Shown: positions 1 through 14,686 of the stretch, piece by piece | Layout: each line of letters begins with the position of its first letter | Position numbering within the stretch: position 1 is the stretch's first letter | Source: Octopus sinensis | Lineage: Eukaryota | Length of the DNA: 60,707 nucleotides | Direction: 5' to 3' | Assembly: GCF_006345805.1 (NCBI RefSeq) | Contig: NW_021832549.1 | Location: 1 to 60,707 of the forward strand | Program-made: the position numbers and the translations under genes | Notes under the pieces: generated by a model | What the model saw: the letters and a program-made list of their open reading frames with translations, nothing else | Database searches by the model: none | Told to the model about the DNA's origin: nothing

Positions 1-207
1 CTAAGCGAGCAGGCTAACAGAAGAAAGAGTGAGAGACAGTTGTGGCGAAAGAGTACAGCAAAGATCAACCCACCACCCTCTGCCGGAGCCTCGTGAAGCT
101 TTTAGGTGTTTTCACTCAATAAACACTCACAACGCCCGGTCTGGGAATCGAAACCGCGATCCTACAACCGCGAGTCCGCTGCCCTAACCTCTGGGCCATT
201 GCGCCTC

Positions 208-209
<2 letters not shown>
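1..209 (-). mobile_element. tRNA-headed SINE, runs off the window edge
   Basis: Minus strand TGGCCCAGAGG (A box) and GTTTCGATTCC (B box); relatives at about 8060-8395(-), 42880-43030(+) and 52672-52960(+). Confidence 0.75.
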
Positions 210-239
<30 letters not shown>

Positions 240-415
240 AACTAAGGCTGTGTAGATACTTATCTTATTACGCAAAAAAAAATTATATGCACACGCTGAC
301 ATAGAACCAACGTTGAGCCTTTTATTCGCAATATTACCGAATCTGGAACTTAACTATGGTTGTTCAGCACTTAGTCAGCATTACCTGACACCTTTGGGTC
401 TCAATGACACCATTA

Positions 416-463
<48 letters not shown>

Positions 464-678
464 ACTTCTTATCCACAAACTGAACACCATTCCTTGGTTG
501 ATAATTAAGATTTATTAATTAAAAAAGCAAAGCCAGCATGAAGGCCCTACAATCCCCATTGTTATTAGACAAAGGATTTATTTTTCATTAAGAAATCCAG
601 TCTTTTTTGTGCCCATCTTTTGGCAGAGAAGTTCTTGCAGAGTTAAGTGTGGGACCGTAGAGTGATACGGCCCATGGC

Positions 679-702
679 TTTTATTTATTTATTTATTTAT
701 TT
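679..702 (-). terminator. Overlapping AATAAA hexamers immediately after the CFAP144 stop (candidate polyadenylation signal)
   Basis: The minus strand reads TGAcaaataaataaataaataaataaaag; this could also be just an (AAAT)n microsatellite. Confidence 0.45.
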
Positions 703-703
703 G

Positions 704-811
704 TCACTGCTGTGCCTGTTCTTTCATTAACCAAACTGCCTCCATGTATTCTGTGATGCCAGTCCGGACACGGGGGAATTGAAGTCGGCGATCACTGCGG
801 TCAAGGTCCAC
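704..811 (-). CDS. CFAP144: CFAP144 coding exon 4 ([35 protein letters not shown])
   Basis: Acceptor tttttcctttgtag; TGA at 706-704. Confidence 0.9.
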   Translation of the reverse strand: MDLDRSDRRLQFPRVRTGITEYMEAVWLMKEQAQQ

Positions 812-3800
812 CTACAAAGGAAAAACAGCCGACATCAGAGGAAAACTCACACACACACACACACATAAATAAAACCCTTTTGGTGCTGGTCACAGTAACA
901 ATATTGTAAACAACAAAATGATTAATTTGTAAGAAATGAAAGAAAACAGAATGAAACAGAATTAGTGACATTTCAGAATGTTTAGTCTTAGAGTTGCTCC
1001 AGCTGGGAAGTGAGATTAAACAACTGGAGAGAATGAGTTGTCCACATGTGTTCTGTGAGTTACTAACAGTTAATGACGTTGTGAGAGATGTCTTAAAGAG
1101 ATTGTGATGTCACAGTGAGATAATGACATCATAAGAAACGTCTTAATGAGATTGTAAGGTCATAGTGCCTGAATGGCCATAGTGCCTCTCTCAAAGTGTG
1201 TGTGAAGTCATAGTGAGGTAATGATGCTGTCAGAGATATATTAATATGAGTGTGATGGCTTAGTGAGCTAATGACGTAAAAGACGTTTTAAAGATATTGT
1301 GAGGTCATAGTGAATTAATGACATTGTGAAAGACATATGAAAGGGATTATGAGGTCATAGAAAGTTAATGTTGTCATAAGAGATGTCGTCATAAGATTGG
1401 TCATAGTGAAATAATGATGTTGAAGGAGACAACTTAAAATGATTGTTTTGTAATAATGATTTAATGACGTCATAAGAGATTAAGAGATTGTCAGGTCATA
1501 GTGAGTTAATGACAGCATAAAAGATATGTTAAAGCAATTGTGAGGTCAACATGAGTTAATGACATCATAGGAGGGGTCTTAGACAGTTGTTTGGTCATAG
1601 TAAGTTACTGATGTCATAATGTGATTGTGAGGTCATAGAGTTATTAACGTAATAAACATCTTAATGTGATTTTGATGTCCTAGTCAGTTAATGACATCAA
1701 AAAAGACATCTTAAAGACATTGTGAGGTTGTGGTGAGTTAATGATGTCGCAAGAGATGTCTTAAAGAGATGTTTGATCATAATGAGTTAATGACGTCCTT
1801 AATGTGATTGTGTTGTTATGAGTTAATTATGGCGCAGAAGATATTCTAAAGAGATTGTATGGTCAAGGTGGGTTAAGGACGTCATAAGAGATATCTTAAA
1901 GAGATTGTGAGGTCATGGTGAGTTGATGACGTCATAAGAGACATCTTAAAAAGGTTGTTTCATCATGGGGAGTAAATGACAGCATAAGAGACTGTAAGAT
2001 CATAGTGAGTTAATGATGTTCTAAGAGATGTCTTAAAGAAATTGTGAGGTCATAGTAAGTTAATGTCATAAGAGACATAATGTGGTCATGAAGTCCTAGT
2101 GAGCTAATGACATCATAAAAGACGTATTAAGGATGTGTGATCATGGTGAGTAAATAATGTCATGAGAGACGTCTTAAAGAGCTTGTTTGGTCAGAGTAAG
2201 TTAATGACATCATACGAGGCGTCTTAAAGAGACTGATGTCAAAGTGAGTTAATGGTGTTGTAAGAAATGTCTTAAAGGGATTGTGAGGGCCTGTCGATGA
2301 TGATTTAATGATGTCACAAGACATGTTCAAAGTGATTGCGAGGTCATAGTGAGTCAATGACGTCATAAGAAACTTCTCAGAGAGACTGATTCAGCATAGT
2401 GAATTAATGACGTCTTAAAGTGATTGTTTGACCATTGTGAGTTAATGACGCCGTAAGAGATATTTCAAAGTAATTGTGAGATCATAGTGAGCTAATGACA
2501 TCATAAGAGATGTCTTAATGTGATTGTGATGTTATAGTGATTTAATGAAATCGAAAAGTTGTCATAAAAATATTGTGAGGTCATGGGGAATTCATAATGT
2601 CATGGGAGACGTCTTACAGAGATTGTTTGGTTATAGTGAGTTAATGACATTATAAGAGACGTCTTAAAGGAGACTGTGAGGTCATGACGAGTTAATGATG
2701 ACGTAAGAGGTATTTTCAAATGATTGTGATGTTCTAGTGAGTTAATGATGTTTTTAAAATTGATTTCGAGATCATAGTGAATAAATGATGTTGTAAGAAA
2801 TGTCTTAAAATAATGCTTTGGTCGTAGTGAATTAACAGCGTCTTAAAGAGATTATGATGTCATAGTGAGTAAATAACGTCGTTAGCAATGTCTTAAATAG
2901 ATTGTTTTGTAACAGTGAGTTAATGATGTCGTAAGAGACATGTTAAAGAGACTGTGAGGTGATAGAGAGTGGCGTCATAAGAAATGTCTTAAAGACACTG
3001 TAATGTCAAAGTGAGTTAATGATGTCATAAGAAACATCTTAAACAGATTGTGAGGTCATAGTGATTTAATTACCTCGTAAGAAATGTCTTAAAGTGATTG
3101 TGAGGCTACAGTGAGTTAATGGCGTCATAAAAGTTTGAAGCAATTTTGAGTTCATAGTGAGTAAACGACATTGTAAGAAACGTCTCAAAGCAATTGCTTG
3201 GTCATGGTGAGTTAATGACGTTCTAAGAGATATATTAAAATGATTGTTTTGTCATAGTGAGTTAATGACGTTGTTAGACATGTCTTAAAGAGATTGTTTC
3301 GTCATAGTGAATTAATAAGGTCATAAGAGACGTGTTAAAGAGACTGTGATGTGATAGAGAGTGGGGGTCATAAGAAATGTCTTAAAGACACTGTAATGTC
3401 AAAGTGAGTTAATGATGTCATAAGAAACATCTTAAAGGGATTGTGAGGTCATAGTGACTTTATTGCTTCGTGATTGTAAGGCCATAGTGAGTTAATGACG
3501 TCATAAAAGACGTTTAAAGTGATTTTGAGATCATAGTGAGTAAACAACGTCGTAATAAGAGACGTATTAAAATGATTGTTTAGTCATAGTGAGTTAATGA
3601 CATCGTCAGACACGTCATCTTAAAGAAACTGTTTTGTCTTAGTGAGTTAATGATGCCGTAAGAGATGTGTCAAAGAGATTGTGAGGTCATAGTGAGTGAA
3701 GTCATGATTAGTTAATGATAGTCATATCATAAAGCGATTGTGAGATCATGTTGAGTAAATGACGTCTACAAAGAGATTGTTTCATCAAAGTGAGTTAATG

Positions 3801-6131
3801 ATGTAAGAAATGCCTTGAAGTGATTTTGAGGTCATAGTGACTTAATGGCATTGTAAGAGACATCTTAATGAATTAGTGATGTCATAGTGAGTTAATGGTG
3901 TTTGAATAAGGTGTCTCAGGGATATCCCTATGATTGTTTGTCATTAAACCCTTGTACCTCAAAATAACAGGTCCACAGTCAACCTCTGTTGTTTTGTACC
4001 TTCATCTAATCCATTGAGACAACCTAAGTACAAACCCTTCCACTTTTAATTAATACCTTAACATCTCAACTTGTGGCAACCTTTTGCAGAGGTCCCTATG
4101 GCTGTCCCCTTAGCACCCCTTTCACTCAACCTCAAGAGGACTTTATGGGAGCTGTGCCCCTTTGACATCCTTTCTTGCATCCCATGATCAACATCTTATG
4201 GAGCTGCAGTCCACTCTGACTGACTCAGTTCCCCTGTGACCCCTCAAAAGCTCCCACAGTGATGACCCCAACAAAAGCGTGTTACCAAAGGCTGAGTTAT
4301 CCAACCAATTTCTTGAGACTCGGTCTGCGGATACTCGTATTTCTTCACAGGTTCCAGATTGGCCCGTTTGATGACCGTCTTGAAGTGAGCTGAAAAAGAG
4401 GACGCAACAGAAAGGGGTCAGTTTTATGTTTAGTGGGGAGAGACACAATTCTAAGGGGCAGAAGAAGGGTGAGGGGTAAACAGTGTGACGGCTGAAGTAT
4501 GAATGTCACAAATTCACACATTGATATTTACATACCAAATATATGACTGATCGAATGAGGGAGATACCTTTATGGTAGCTATGTATGGTAGAAATAGCAG
4601 CCAAATCTCCCCCACATCACACCCTACTGTCTTATGTATTTATATATATATATATGTATGGGCCAATGAAGGACACCTCTACATTGTAGCTATACCTGGT
4701 AGAAATAGCAGCCAAATCTCTCTCAAATTACATCTATTATCTTAAAATAATACATAATGCTTAACAGGATTCTGGAAACAGATGTGATGGTCGTGGCTGG
4801 AACATCTTTGATTATAGGTCTGACCTGGGGGTCAAACAACAACATCCCCACACCCAACTAGGCTATCATACTACATAACAACACTACTACTACTATCTCC
4901 ACCGCCGCCGCCGCCGCCGCCACCACCACCACCACCACAACAACAACAACAACAACAACAGTTGAAAGAATCTGCTGGAATGTTAAGTGCTTAAATACTT
5001 CCTGTTTACACAAGACTACCCCCCCCCCGGCTATAGGTTTTCTACTGAAAAATTGTCATAAGGAGGGGAGGGACTGTTAAAGTGTATCTAGGAGTACATT
5101 ATCTAATGTGTCCTTCTTTGTTGTTGCTGTTGTTTAGCCCCAGGTCAGCTCTGATCCAACAGACCAGTGATTGAACATGTTTTCAGCCATGGCCAGCTCA
5201 GCTTTCATTCAGACATTGTCTATCTAGGATTACATTATCCAATGTGACCTTCCTTGTTTTTTTGTTGTTTCTGCAACTACAACAACAACATCATTTCCTG
5301 TTGTTTCATGAAATATTCCCAAAAACCTCCCCCCCCCACCACCATCCCTGTCCCTATTTCCCCTCCACGCACAGAACCCCATCTCCTTGTTAATGAGGGA
5401 ACTTCTACACAGTTCCTTGCCATGCTAGACATCCCAGTTAAATCTCCTTCGAATCACATTAAGACAGTCTCAGAATAAAAGAAAAGCAGCTTATACATTA
5501 TACATGTTCAGGGCGTTTGGGATAAACTGGATGACTTTTTTTTTTTGTCTCCTTTTTCTCAGGAACACCTTGATGTATCGTTGAACAGTCAACAGCGTTG
5601 GAGAGCATAAAGATTAACCCTTTAGCATTCCGATTATTCCGTCAAATGTAATCCTTATTTATTCACGTTGTTGGATCATTTCATAACTTTGACTTCTTCT
5701 TGAGGTGATTGTCTATTTTTAGAATGATATTGTAGGATAAGTGTGAGGGGCTGGATCTGGCCAGTTTGATCTTAAAATAGGCCGAATATATTGGCTGGTT
5801 TAACGCTTTGTGCCGGTGGCACGTAAAAAGCAGCATTTGAACATGGCCGATGCCAGTGCCGCCCTGACTGGCTTCTGTGCCAGTGGCATGTAAAAAGCAC
5901 CAATCAATCATGGCCGTTGCCAGCCTCCCCTGGCACCTGTGAAGGTGGCACGTAAAAAGCACCCACTACACTCTCGGAGTGGTTGGCGTTAGGAAGGGCA
6001 TTCAGCTGTAGAAACACTGCCAGATCAGACTGGAGCCTGGTGCAGCCTTCTGACTTCCCAGACTCCAGTTGAACCGTCCAACCCATGCCAGCATGGAGAA
6101 CGGCCGTTAAACGATGATGATGATGATATAT

Positions 6132-6175
<44 letters not shown>

Positions 6176-6770
6176 CAAGGAAAAAGGACACAGTAGTTAA
6201 CAATAGTACTTAGTTACTGTAATACATTATGAGCAAATAAAAGCTGAGGTGGTCATGGCTGGCACATCTTTGATTATAGTTCTGTTGGATCAGTCTGACT
6301 TGGGGCTAAACAAGAACTACTACTACACACTTCCAATCCGCCCCCCCCCCAATGAGAGGATTGTTTGTAGTGAACAGTGATGGGAGGCAAAGGATTGGTG
6401 AATGGATACCCCCTCCCCCTCCCCATCTCCCCTCCTCACCTCCCCCATCCCCCCCCCACCATCACCAGTGCCGCCACACTCAATTGGCCCCCCCCCGACC
6501 ACTCACGACTTTGTTTGTAGAGATCTATGTAGACCACCCATGTGGACACACACACACACACACACAGATATGTACATATATATGTGTGCGTGTGTATATA
6601 CATATATATATATATGTATACACACACACTCTTATACAGTTTATAATAAAAGCAGTACAAAAATATATACACATGTTTGTGTATAAATCTATATCTCTGA
6701 GTGCATAAATGTGTGTGTGTGTATATATATTATATTATGTTATATTATATACATATATACGTATGTATAA

Positions 6771-6801
<31 letters not shown>

Positions 6802-6961
6802 AAATATTATTAGAAACAAAACCACTATTTTGCAAAACAAAATAATATATATATATATAATATAATATATATATAATATATATATATATAATATATATAT
6901 AATATAATATATATATATAATATATATATACATAATATATATATATTATATATATATATAC

Positions 6962-7018
<57 letters not shown>

Positions 7019-7264
7019 TATATATACATAAATATATATATATATTTATACATATGTATCATCATCAACATTTAGCGTCTGCTTTCCATGCTAGCATGGA
7101 CATATATATACATACATACATACACACGCATATGTGCACATAAAATTACATGTAAATATAGATGAACACATAGACATACACAAACATAAGTTTATATATA
7201 TAATAATAATAATATTAGGGAGTATATATATTGAGTTGCCTAATAGTGGTTTTATCTCCAATTA

Positions 7265-7295
<31 letters not shown>

Positions 7296-7670
7296 ATATA
7301 CTCTTTTACTCTTTTACTTGTTTCAGTCATGCTGACCCTGGGACTTATTCTTTGTAAGCCCAGTACTTAATCTATCGGTCTCTTTTGCCGAACCGCTAAG
7401 TGACGGGGATGTAAACACACCAGCATCAGTTGTCAAGCAATGCTAGGGGGACAAACACAGACACACAAACATATACACACACACACATATATATATATAC
7501 ATATATACGACAGGCTTCTTTCAGTTTCCGTCTACCAAATCCACTCACAAGGCATTGGTCGGCCCGGGGCTATAGCAGAAGACACTTGCCCAAGATGCCA
7601 CGCAGTGGGACTGAACCCGGAACCATGTGGTTGGTTAGCAAGCTACTTACCACACAGCCATTCCTGCGCC

Positions 7671-7703
<33 letters not shown>

Positions 7704-9347
7704 CATATATATATATATGAATGCGTGTGTGTATATATGTGTGTGTGTATATATGTGTGTGTGTGTGTCTGATGTAAAGTTTGTGTTTAGTGGAAGATGG
7801 TGATTGGGGTGGGGGGTGGGGGTGAAGTAAAGAGACATTGAAAATGATGGTCTACAGCACAATCTTACGGAGACTGAAAGAAGCCCATTGGATGTGTGCA
7901 TATATATACATAGATACATAAAAATGTGACAACAGATGCAGACTTTGCCGAGTGAACCCAAATCATAAGCAGTTGTCCGAAAATGTTGTCACGGTATTAT
8001 CTAAGGATGAGACATGATGCTGTAGCTGGGACACTCTGGAATGAAATCCGTTGGAAGGATAAAGAAAGGAGACCCTCTTCGGTCATGACTGACCATGGGA
8101 TTGAACCTAGAAAGTTACCCTCTGAGGCATGAGTCCAAGCAAGGTTGTTTATGGAAGACCAGCAATCAGCCATGCATACCAGCTTCCCCTCTCCACACCA
8201 CCGATATTATCCAAGGGAAAGGCAAAAGGGCCCTTACAGCTTGGCACCCATGATGTCACAACTCATTTCTACAGCTGAGTGAACTGGAGCAATGTGAAAT
8301 AAAGTGTCTTGCTCAAGAATACAACACGCAGCCCGGTCAGGGATTCGAGCTCACAACCTCACGATTATAAGGTCGACGCTCTAACTACTGAGCCATAAAA
8401 AGAACCCACAATACGGTAGAAGCCATAGCCACTCATAATAAAAAGGAATACTGGTGGAATGTCCCAGTGAAGACCTCAATAAAATGTAAGCACAAAAGAC
8501 CTGATATAATGATTTGGGATAGAGAAGAGAAACTGTGCACAGTTGTGGAAATTAGCTGCCCAGCGGATGTTAACATAAAGCTGAAGATCAGTGAAAAAGA
8601 GAACACCTATGCTGAACTATTGAGAGTTCTGCTGTTACTCTATCCAGGTTACAAATTCAGGTTTATTATACCTGTAATTAGTGGGGCCCTGGGATATGTA
8701 ACACACTGCACAAATACATATCTTGAGAAATTAGGCTTCTCAAAACCAGAAAGGAGAAAACTAATTCGAAGACTACAGATCCAAAGCAACACTGGAACTG
8801 TAAAAATCTGTCAAACTTTCCAGAAGTTTATCATTTAAGTATATCTGAGCTTGTCTAGATATGTAGCTATATGCATGAGAAGACATACATAAAACAAAAC
8901 ATACAAAACATACAAAGTTCTGATGCACTAAATTTCAGGAACAAGGATTACATAAGCAATTTATTCGGTAACAGACGAAATCGGAATACGATTAATTCTT
9001 GATTTTTATCTAATTTTCATCTGTCTTGCCCAACTATGTTCAGGTGTTCGCTGATCTTTCTCTGGAGAACATTCTTTTCTTTGTAGTTAGATCATATGTG
9101 ATCTTCTTCTAGCATATGGTTATCCACCTAGTGGTTTTTAGCCCTAAATATACATACATACATATATATATATAATATATAATATATATATATATATATA
9201 TATAATGTATTTATGTATTATTTATGTATGTATGTATATATGTGCATGTATACACAAACATATCTATGTTTGTCTGTCTATCAATCTCTCTCTCTCTCCC
9301 CTATAATATATATATATATATACACATACATACATACATACATACAT

Positions 9348-9382
<35 letters not shown>

Positions 9383-9456
9383 TCCATATATGTATACAAT
9401 TGTGTGTATGGTTTATACATGCTCATATGCATATATATGGAAGTGCGTATATATAT

Positions 9457-9530
<74 letters not shown>

Positions 9531-9719
9531 CAAATAAGAAAATGGAGAAACACGTTAGTTGGTTCATCAGCTTTAGGATATTAGAATGATGTCTTATTTA
9601 ATTAACAAAACTACAACCATAATAACATACATATATGCAGTATATATATATGCATATATATATACAAACATAACTATGTCTATCTTTCTCTCTCTCCCTC
9701 TCTCTATATATATACTCAT

Positions 9720-9750
<31 letters not shown>

Positions 9751-11657
9751 TATATGTACAAACATATGCATGAAATGGCATGTGTCTATATAGATATACA
9801 TAAATATACACACACATAGTTAGAAATATATAAAGGGAAAGAAACTGGGTCTATCTGCTGGCAAATGTATACACACATACATACATATATATATGCAAAC
9901 ACACACACACATGGGTAGATAAAAGAAGACAGAGATTGTCTATTTGATGTCAGACTCGTGAGAAATTAGTTTATAGGAAATGGCTAAACTATCTTTATTC
10001 TATAGACCCGTGTGTGTGTGTGTGTGTCTCTCTCTATATATATATATACATCTACACATATACATGTATACATCTATATCTATAGAAATACATGTATACA
10101 TATACAGCTATATACATACATGTATATATATATATATACATGTGTATACATATATATATATATGTGTGTGTATATATATACATGTAAATTTAAATTTAAA
10201 ACAATAAGGGTGAAAAATTGAATATTAATTTGATTAATATCAATTTAAAACCAGTGGTGTAGCATATTGAAAAGTCTGAGACTGTATGACGCATGTGTAC
10301 GAACAGCCATGCTACATGGCAGTGAAACATGGGCCGTGACTGCTGAGGATATGCGTAAGCTCGCAAGAAATGAAGCCAGTATGCTCCAATGGATGTGTAA
10401 TGTCAGTGTTCATACTCGACAGACTGTAAGTACCTTGAGAGAAAAGTTGAACCTAAGAAGCATCAGTTGTGGTGTGCAAGAGAGACGTTTGCGCTGGTAT
10501 GGTCATGTGGCGAGAATGGATGTAGATAGTTGTGTGAAAAAGTGCCACACCCTAGCGGTTGAGGGAACCTGTGGAAGAGGCAGACCCAGGAAAACCTGGG
10601 ACGAGGTGGTGAAGCACGACCTTCAAACTTTAGGTCTCACCGAGGAAATGACCAGAGACCGAGACCTCTGGAAGTATGCTGTGCGTGGGAAGACCCGGCA
10701 GGACAAGTGAGACCATAAGCCGTGGCCTCTACCTGGGATGTAGCCAGTCCACTTATGCATACCTTTCTTTCTTGGGACACAAAACTCTACTTTTGAAGAC
10801 CTGTTGAGGCAAGTGAAAATTAAAATCGATCAACATCAATGGAAATTATAGCTGTGATACCAGTGCCGGTGGCACATAAGAGAACAATCTGAATGTAGCC
10901 GTTGCCAGCACTGCCCTGACTGGCCTCCATGCCGGTGGCATGTAAAAAGCACCATCTGATTGTGACCGTTGCCAGCCTTGTCTGGCCGCCGTGCCGGTAG
11001 CACATAAAAAGCACCATCCGATCGTGGCCGTTTGCCAGCCTCATCTGGCACTTGTGCAGGTGGCACGTAAAAAGCACCCACTACACTCTTGGAGTGGTTG
11101 GTGTTAGGAAGGGCATCCAGCTGTAGAAACACTGCCAGATCAGACCGGGCCTGGAGCAGCCTTCTGGCTTCCCAGATCCCAGTTGAACTATCCAACCCAT
11201 GCTAGCATGGAAAACGGACGTTAAACGATGATGATGACATATAAGAGAGATGACCTGTAAGAGGACATCCATTATGCTAGAAGAAGATCCACTATGGTCT
11301 CACCATTCCTTTGTTAGTGGTAAGACTATAGCAGATCTTCTTCTAGCAAAATGGATGACCACTTGTTAATGATTCATCCCTGTTATATAATACTTTCACT
11401 TTAATAGTTTCAGTATTAAAGTGAAAGTGTCTGCATTACAAAAGAGAAATGTTTTTGTTTCACTTTTAGCACGTAATACTGAAATAGTGGAGAAGATATG
11501 ATATTGCTGTGGGGTCGCCCTAGGGAAAAAGTTAAGATTTATTTGATGACACTCCCCAGACCTTAAGTAAGGCATGTGTAAAATTTGAATGAAATTGGTT
11601 GAGTAGTTCTCAAGTTTTAGGGATTCACACAGACAGACAGACACACATTCTCAGTTT

Positions 11658-11691
<34 letters not shown>

Positions 11692-12842
11692 TATATACAT
11701 ATATATACATATATATATATATTATATTATATAATATAATATTATATATATATATATAAATGAGAAATAGCTGTTTTTGCTATGAGCTACAGTAGACTGA
11801 TAGCTTCATCAGAGCCTTGCCTATGAAGTGCAGTTTATTTGGGGAAGGGAATCCATTTGTGCCTCTAAAGGGAACAGCTTCAACAATGAGAGTCAATACA
11901 GACACACATAACAATAACAAGAATAACATGAGGATAGAAATCGAGAGACTGTCTTAATGCATCACAACATTAATAAACCCCCTGAATTTCTATCTCCATC
12001 TTATTATTACCTCTGCCTTTGTGAAGGCTGAGGTATTGTTTTCAGTTGTGTTTGTTTGTTATCTGGATTCAGATGAAACTTTCAGGGATGTTTGGCCCCA
12101 TAAATGGCATAAACTGTTCAAATTTTGGGATCGATCCAGTACCAGACAGGGATTCTGGATTATCTTTTTTAATATTTTCTTTATTCTTTTCTTTCTTTTT
12201 TCTTCCTTTTTTTACTTGTTTCAGTCATTTGACTGCGGCCATGCTGGAGCACCACCTTTAGTCGAGCAAATCGATCCCGGGACTTATTCTTTGTAAGCCC
12301 AGTACTTATTCTATCGGTCTCTTTTGCCGAACCGCTAAGTGACGGGGACGTAAACACACCAGCATTGGTTGTCAAGCAATGCTAGGGGAACAAACACAGA
12401 CATACACACACATATATATATACATATATACGACAGGCTTCTTTCAGTTTCTGTCTACCAAATCAACTCACAAGGCATTGGTCGGCCCAAGGCTATAGTA
12501 GAAGACACTTGAACAAGGTGCCACGCAGTGGGACTGAACCCGGAACCATGTGGTTGGTTAGCAAGCTACTTACCACACAGCCACTCCTGCACCTTTACAT
12601 GTATACGTAAAGTTTCACGTAGTTCTCTTGTACGTGCACTCACAGACTCACACATTTTCAGCATTAAACATTACCATTCCACATAAAATTTCAGAAAATA
12701 AGTCTACAGCTATTTGCAGAATGGTCAAATTATGGTCAAATGGAAAACCTGAAATATTATCCATTTCATTTAGTGTTTTCAGTGGTCAATGTATAAACAA
12801 ACTTTGCATTTTATAAGGATATATACATATATATATACACAC

Positions 12843-12882
<40 letters not shown>

Positions 12883-13074
12883 ATGTGTGTGTGTGTGGTG
12901 TGTGTGTGTGTGTGTGTGTGTGTGTGCCTGTTGAGCACTAATGAAGATGGCTGTAAGAAATAAAGGTTACCAATGTTTTAATAATAAATAATTATCATTA
13001 TCTTAACTCCCCATTTTCTTCCCTCCATTTAACTGAATATGAACTGTGTGTATATCTTTCTATCTGTCCATCCA

Positions 13075-13110
<36 letters not shown>

Positions 13111-13139
13111 CCTATCTATCTATCTATCTATCTACCTAC

Positions 13140-13231
<92 letters not shown>

Positions 13232-13413
13232 TGGCAAGTAAAAAGCACCCACTACACTCATGGAGTGGTTGACGTTAGGAAGGGCATCCAGTTGTAGAAA
13301 CATTGCCAGATCAGACTGGAGCCTGGTGCAGCCTTCTGGCTTCCCAGATCCCCGGTCGAACCGTCCAACCCATGCTAGCATGGAGAACGGACGTTAAACG
13401 ATGATGATGATGA

Positions 13414-13446
<33 letters not shown>

Positions 13447-13945
13447 TTTGAGGATCAGTTAAAAAGTGAAGACTAGGTTCAGTAAGTGCCCATGCATGAA
13501 ACTCTGGGGCCTCGAGTAACTCTGCAGCACCTACAAATTAATTAAAAAATGTAAGTACACACACACACACAAAGACACATATACATATGTATACACAACA
13601 CACACACACACACATACACATATGAAATAATCCTTCCATACATCTACTCTTGCAGCCACTTGTGTGCAATAAATATTATATATATATATATATATAATAT
13701 ATATATATATAATATATATATAGTAATATACATACAAACATACATCCATATGTATTATCTATCTATCAATCAATCTATGTACATATATATATATATATAT
13801 ATATATGTAAATATATATCAGTGATATGTGTCCATGTGTGTGTATATATATATATATATACACACAAACACACACATATATATATATACATATATATATA
13901 TACATACCTATATACATACATATATATATATATATATGTACACAA

Positions 13946-13980
<35 letters not shown>

Positions 13981-14580
13981 CACACATACATACACACGCA
14001 CACGTTATCATGATGTACTTCTCCCTACTCCCCATCCCCACCTAGTGTGTGTAAAATCAATTCCCAGGAGTATCATATGACACCCTGTCTTACCACCCAC
14101 GCCCACCCCTCTCGAGACACACACATCCCACTGTTTATTGTACGGCCTGCTTAACAGACCGGGCCTTTGTGTGGCCAAGCTGGGGTTACACTACTGCACA
14201 GTGTGGCTTGTGGTAGTGCAGGCGGGGGGAGGGGGGAGGGGGTTGGTGGCTGCAGCAGCAATTGATGACAGCGGTGGTGGGGATGCGGGTGGGGTGTGGA
14301 GTTGTTCACCCTCAGGTGTATTCAGACGTGGTGTATCTAGGACTACATTATCTAATGTGTCCTTCTTTATTTAACATGGTAGGGTGTGACGCCAAGGTCA
14401 TTTGGGTGCTATTTCTAACAGACTACATGACTAAATAAGGGTTTCAAAATGAGTGAATGTAGATACTGGGGGTAAGTGTAAGGTCTCTGTGTTGCTGCGT
14501 GGCAACATCCATCCATACATACATACACACATATAGGTCTGTCTGTCTGTCCATCAATCTTCTCTCTCTCTCTCTCTCCC

Positions 14581-14629
<49 letters not shown>

Positions 14630-14633
14630 CCTG

Positions 14634-14686
<53 letters not shown>

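Noticed and set aside
130-209. tRNA-like sequence (also about 8310-8395)
   Set aside because: A/B boxes are present but continue into SINE bodies without a complete cloverleaf or terminator; SINE heads, not tRNA genes
1068-3900. Array as a CRISPR locus or as a coding repeat (ORF 2160-2366)
   Set aside because: No unique spacers, monomers abut directly, eukaryotic intron context, stops in the reading frames
5563-5610. Plus-strand acceptor followed by a short open frame ([15 protein letters not shown])
   Set aside because: No partner exons or recognisable protein; antisense to CFAP144 intron 2
14499-14514. GTTGC-TGCGT-GGCAAC as an X-box
   Set aside because: Half-site spacing is longer than the RFX consensus
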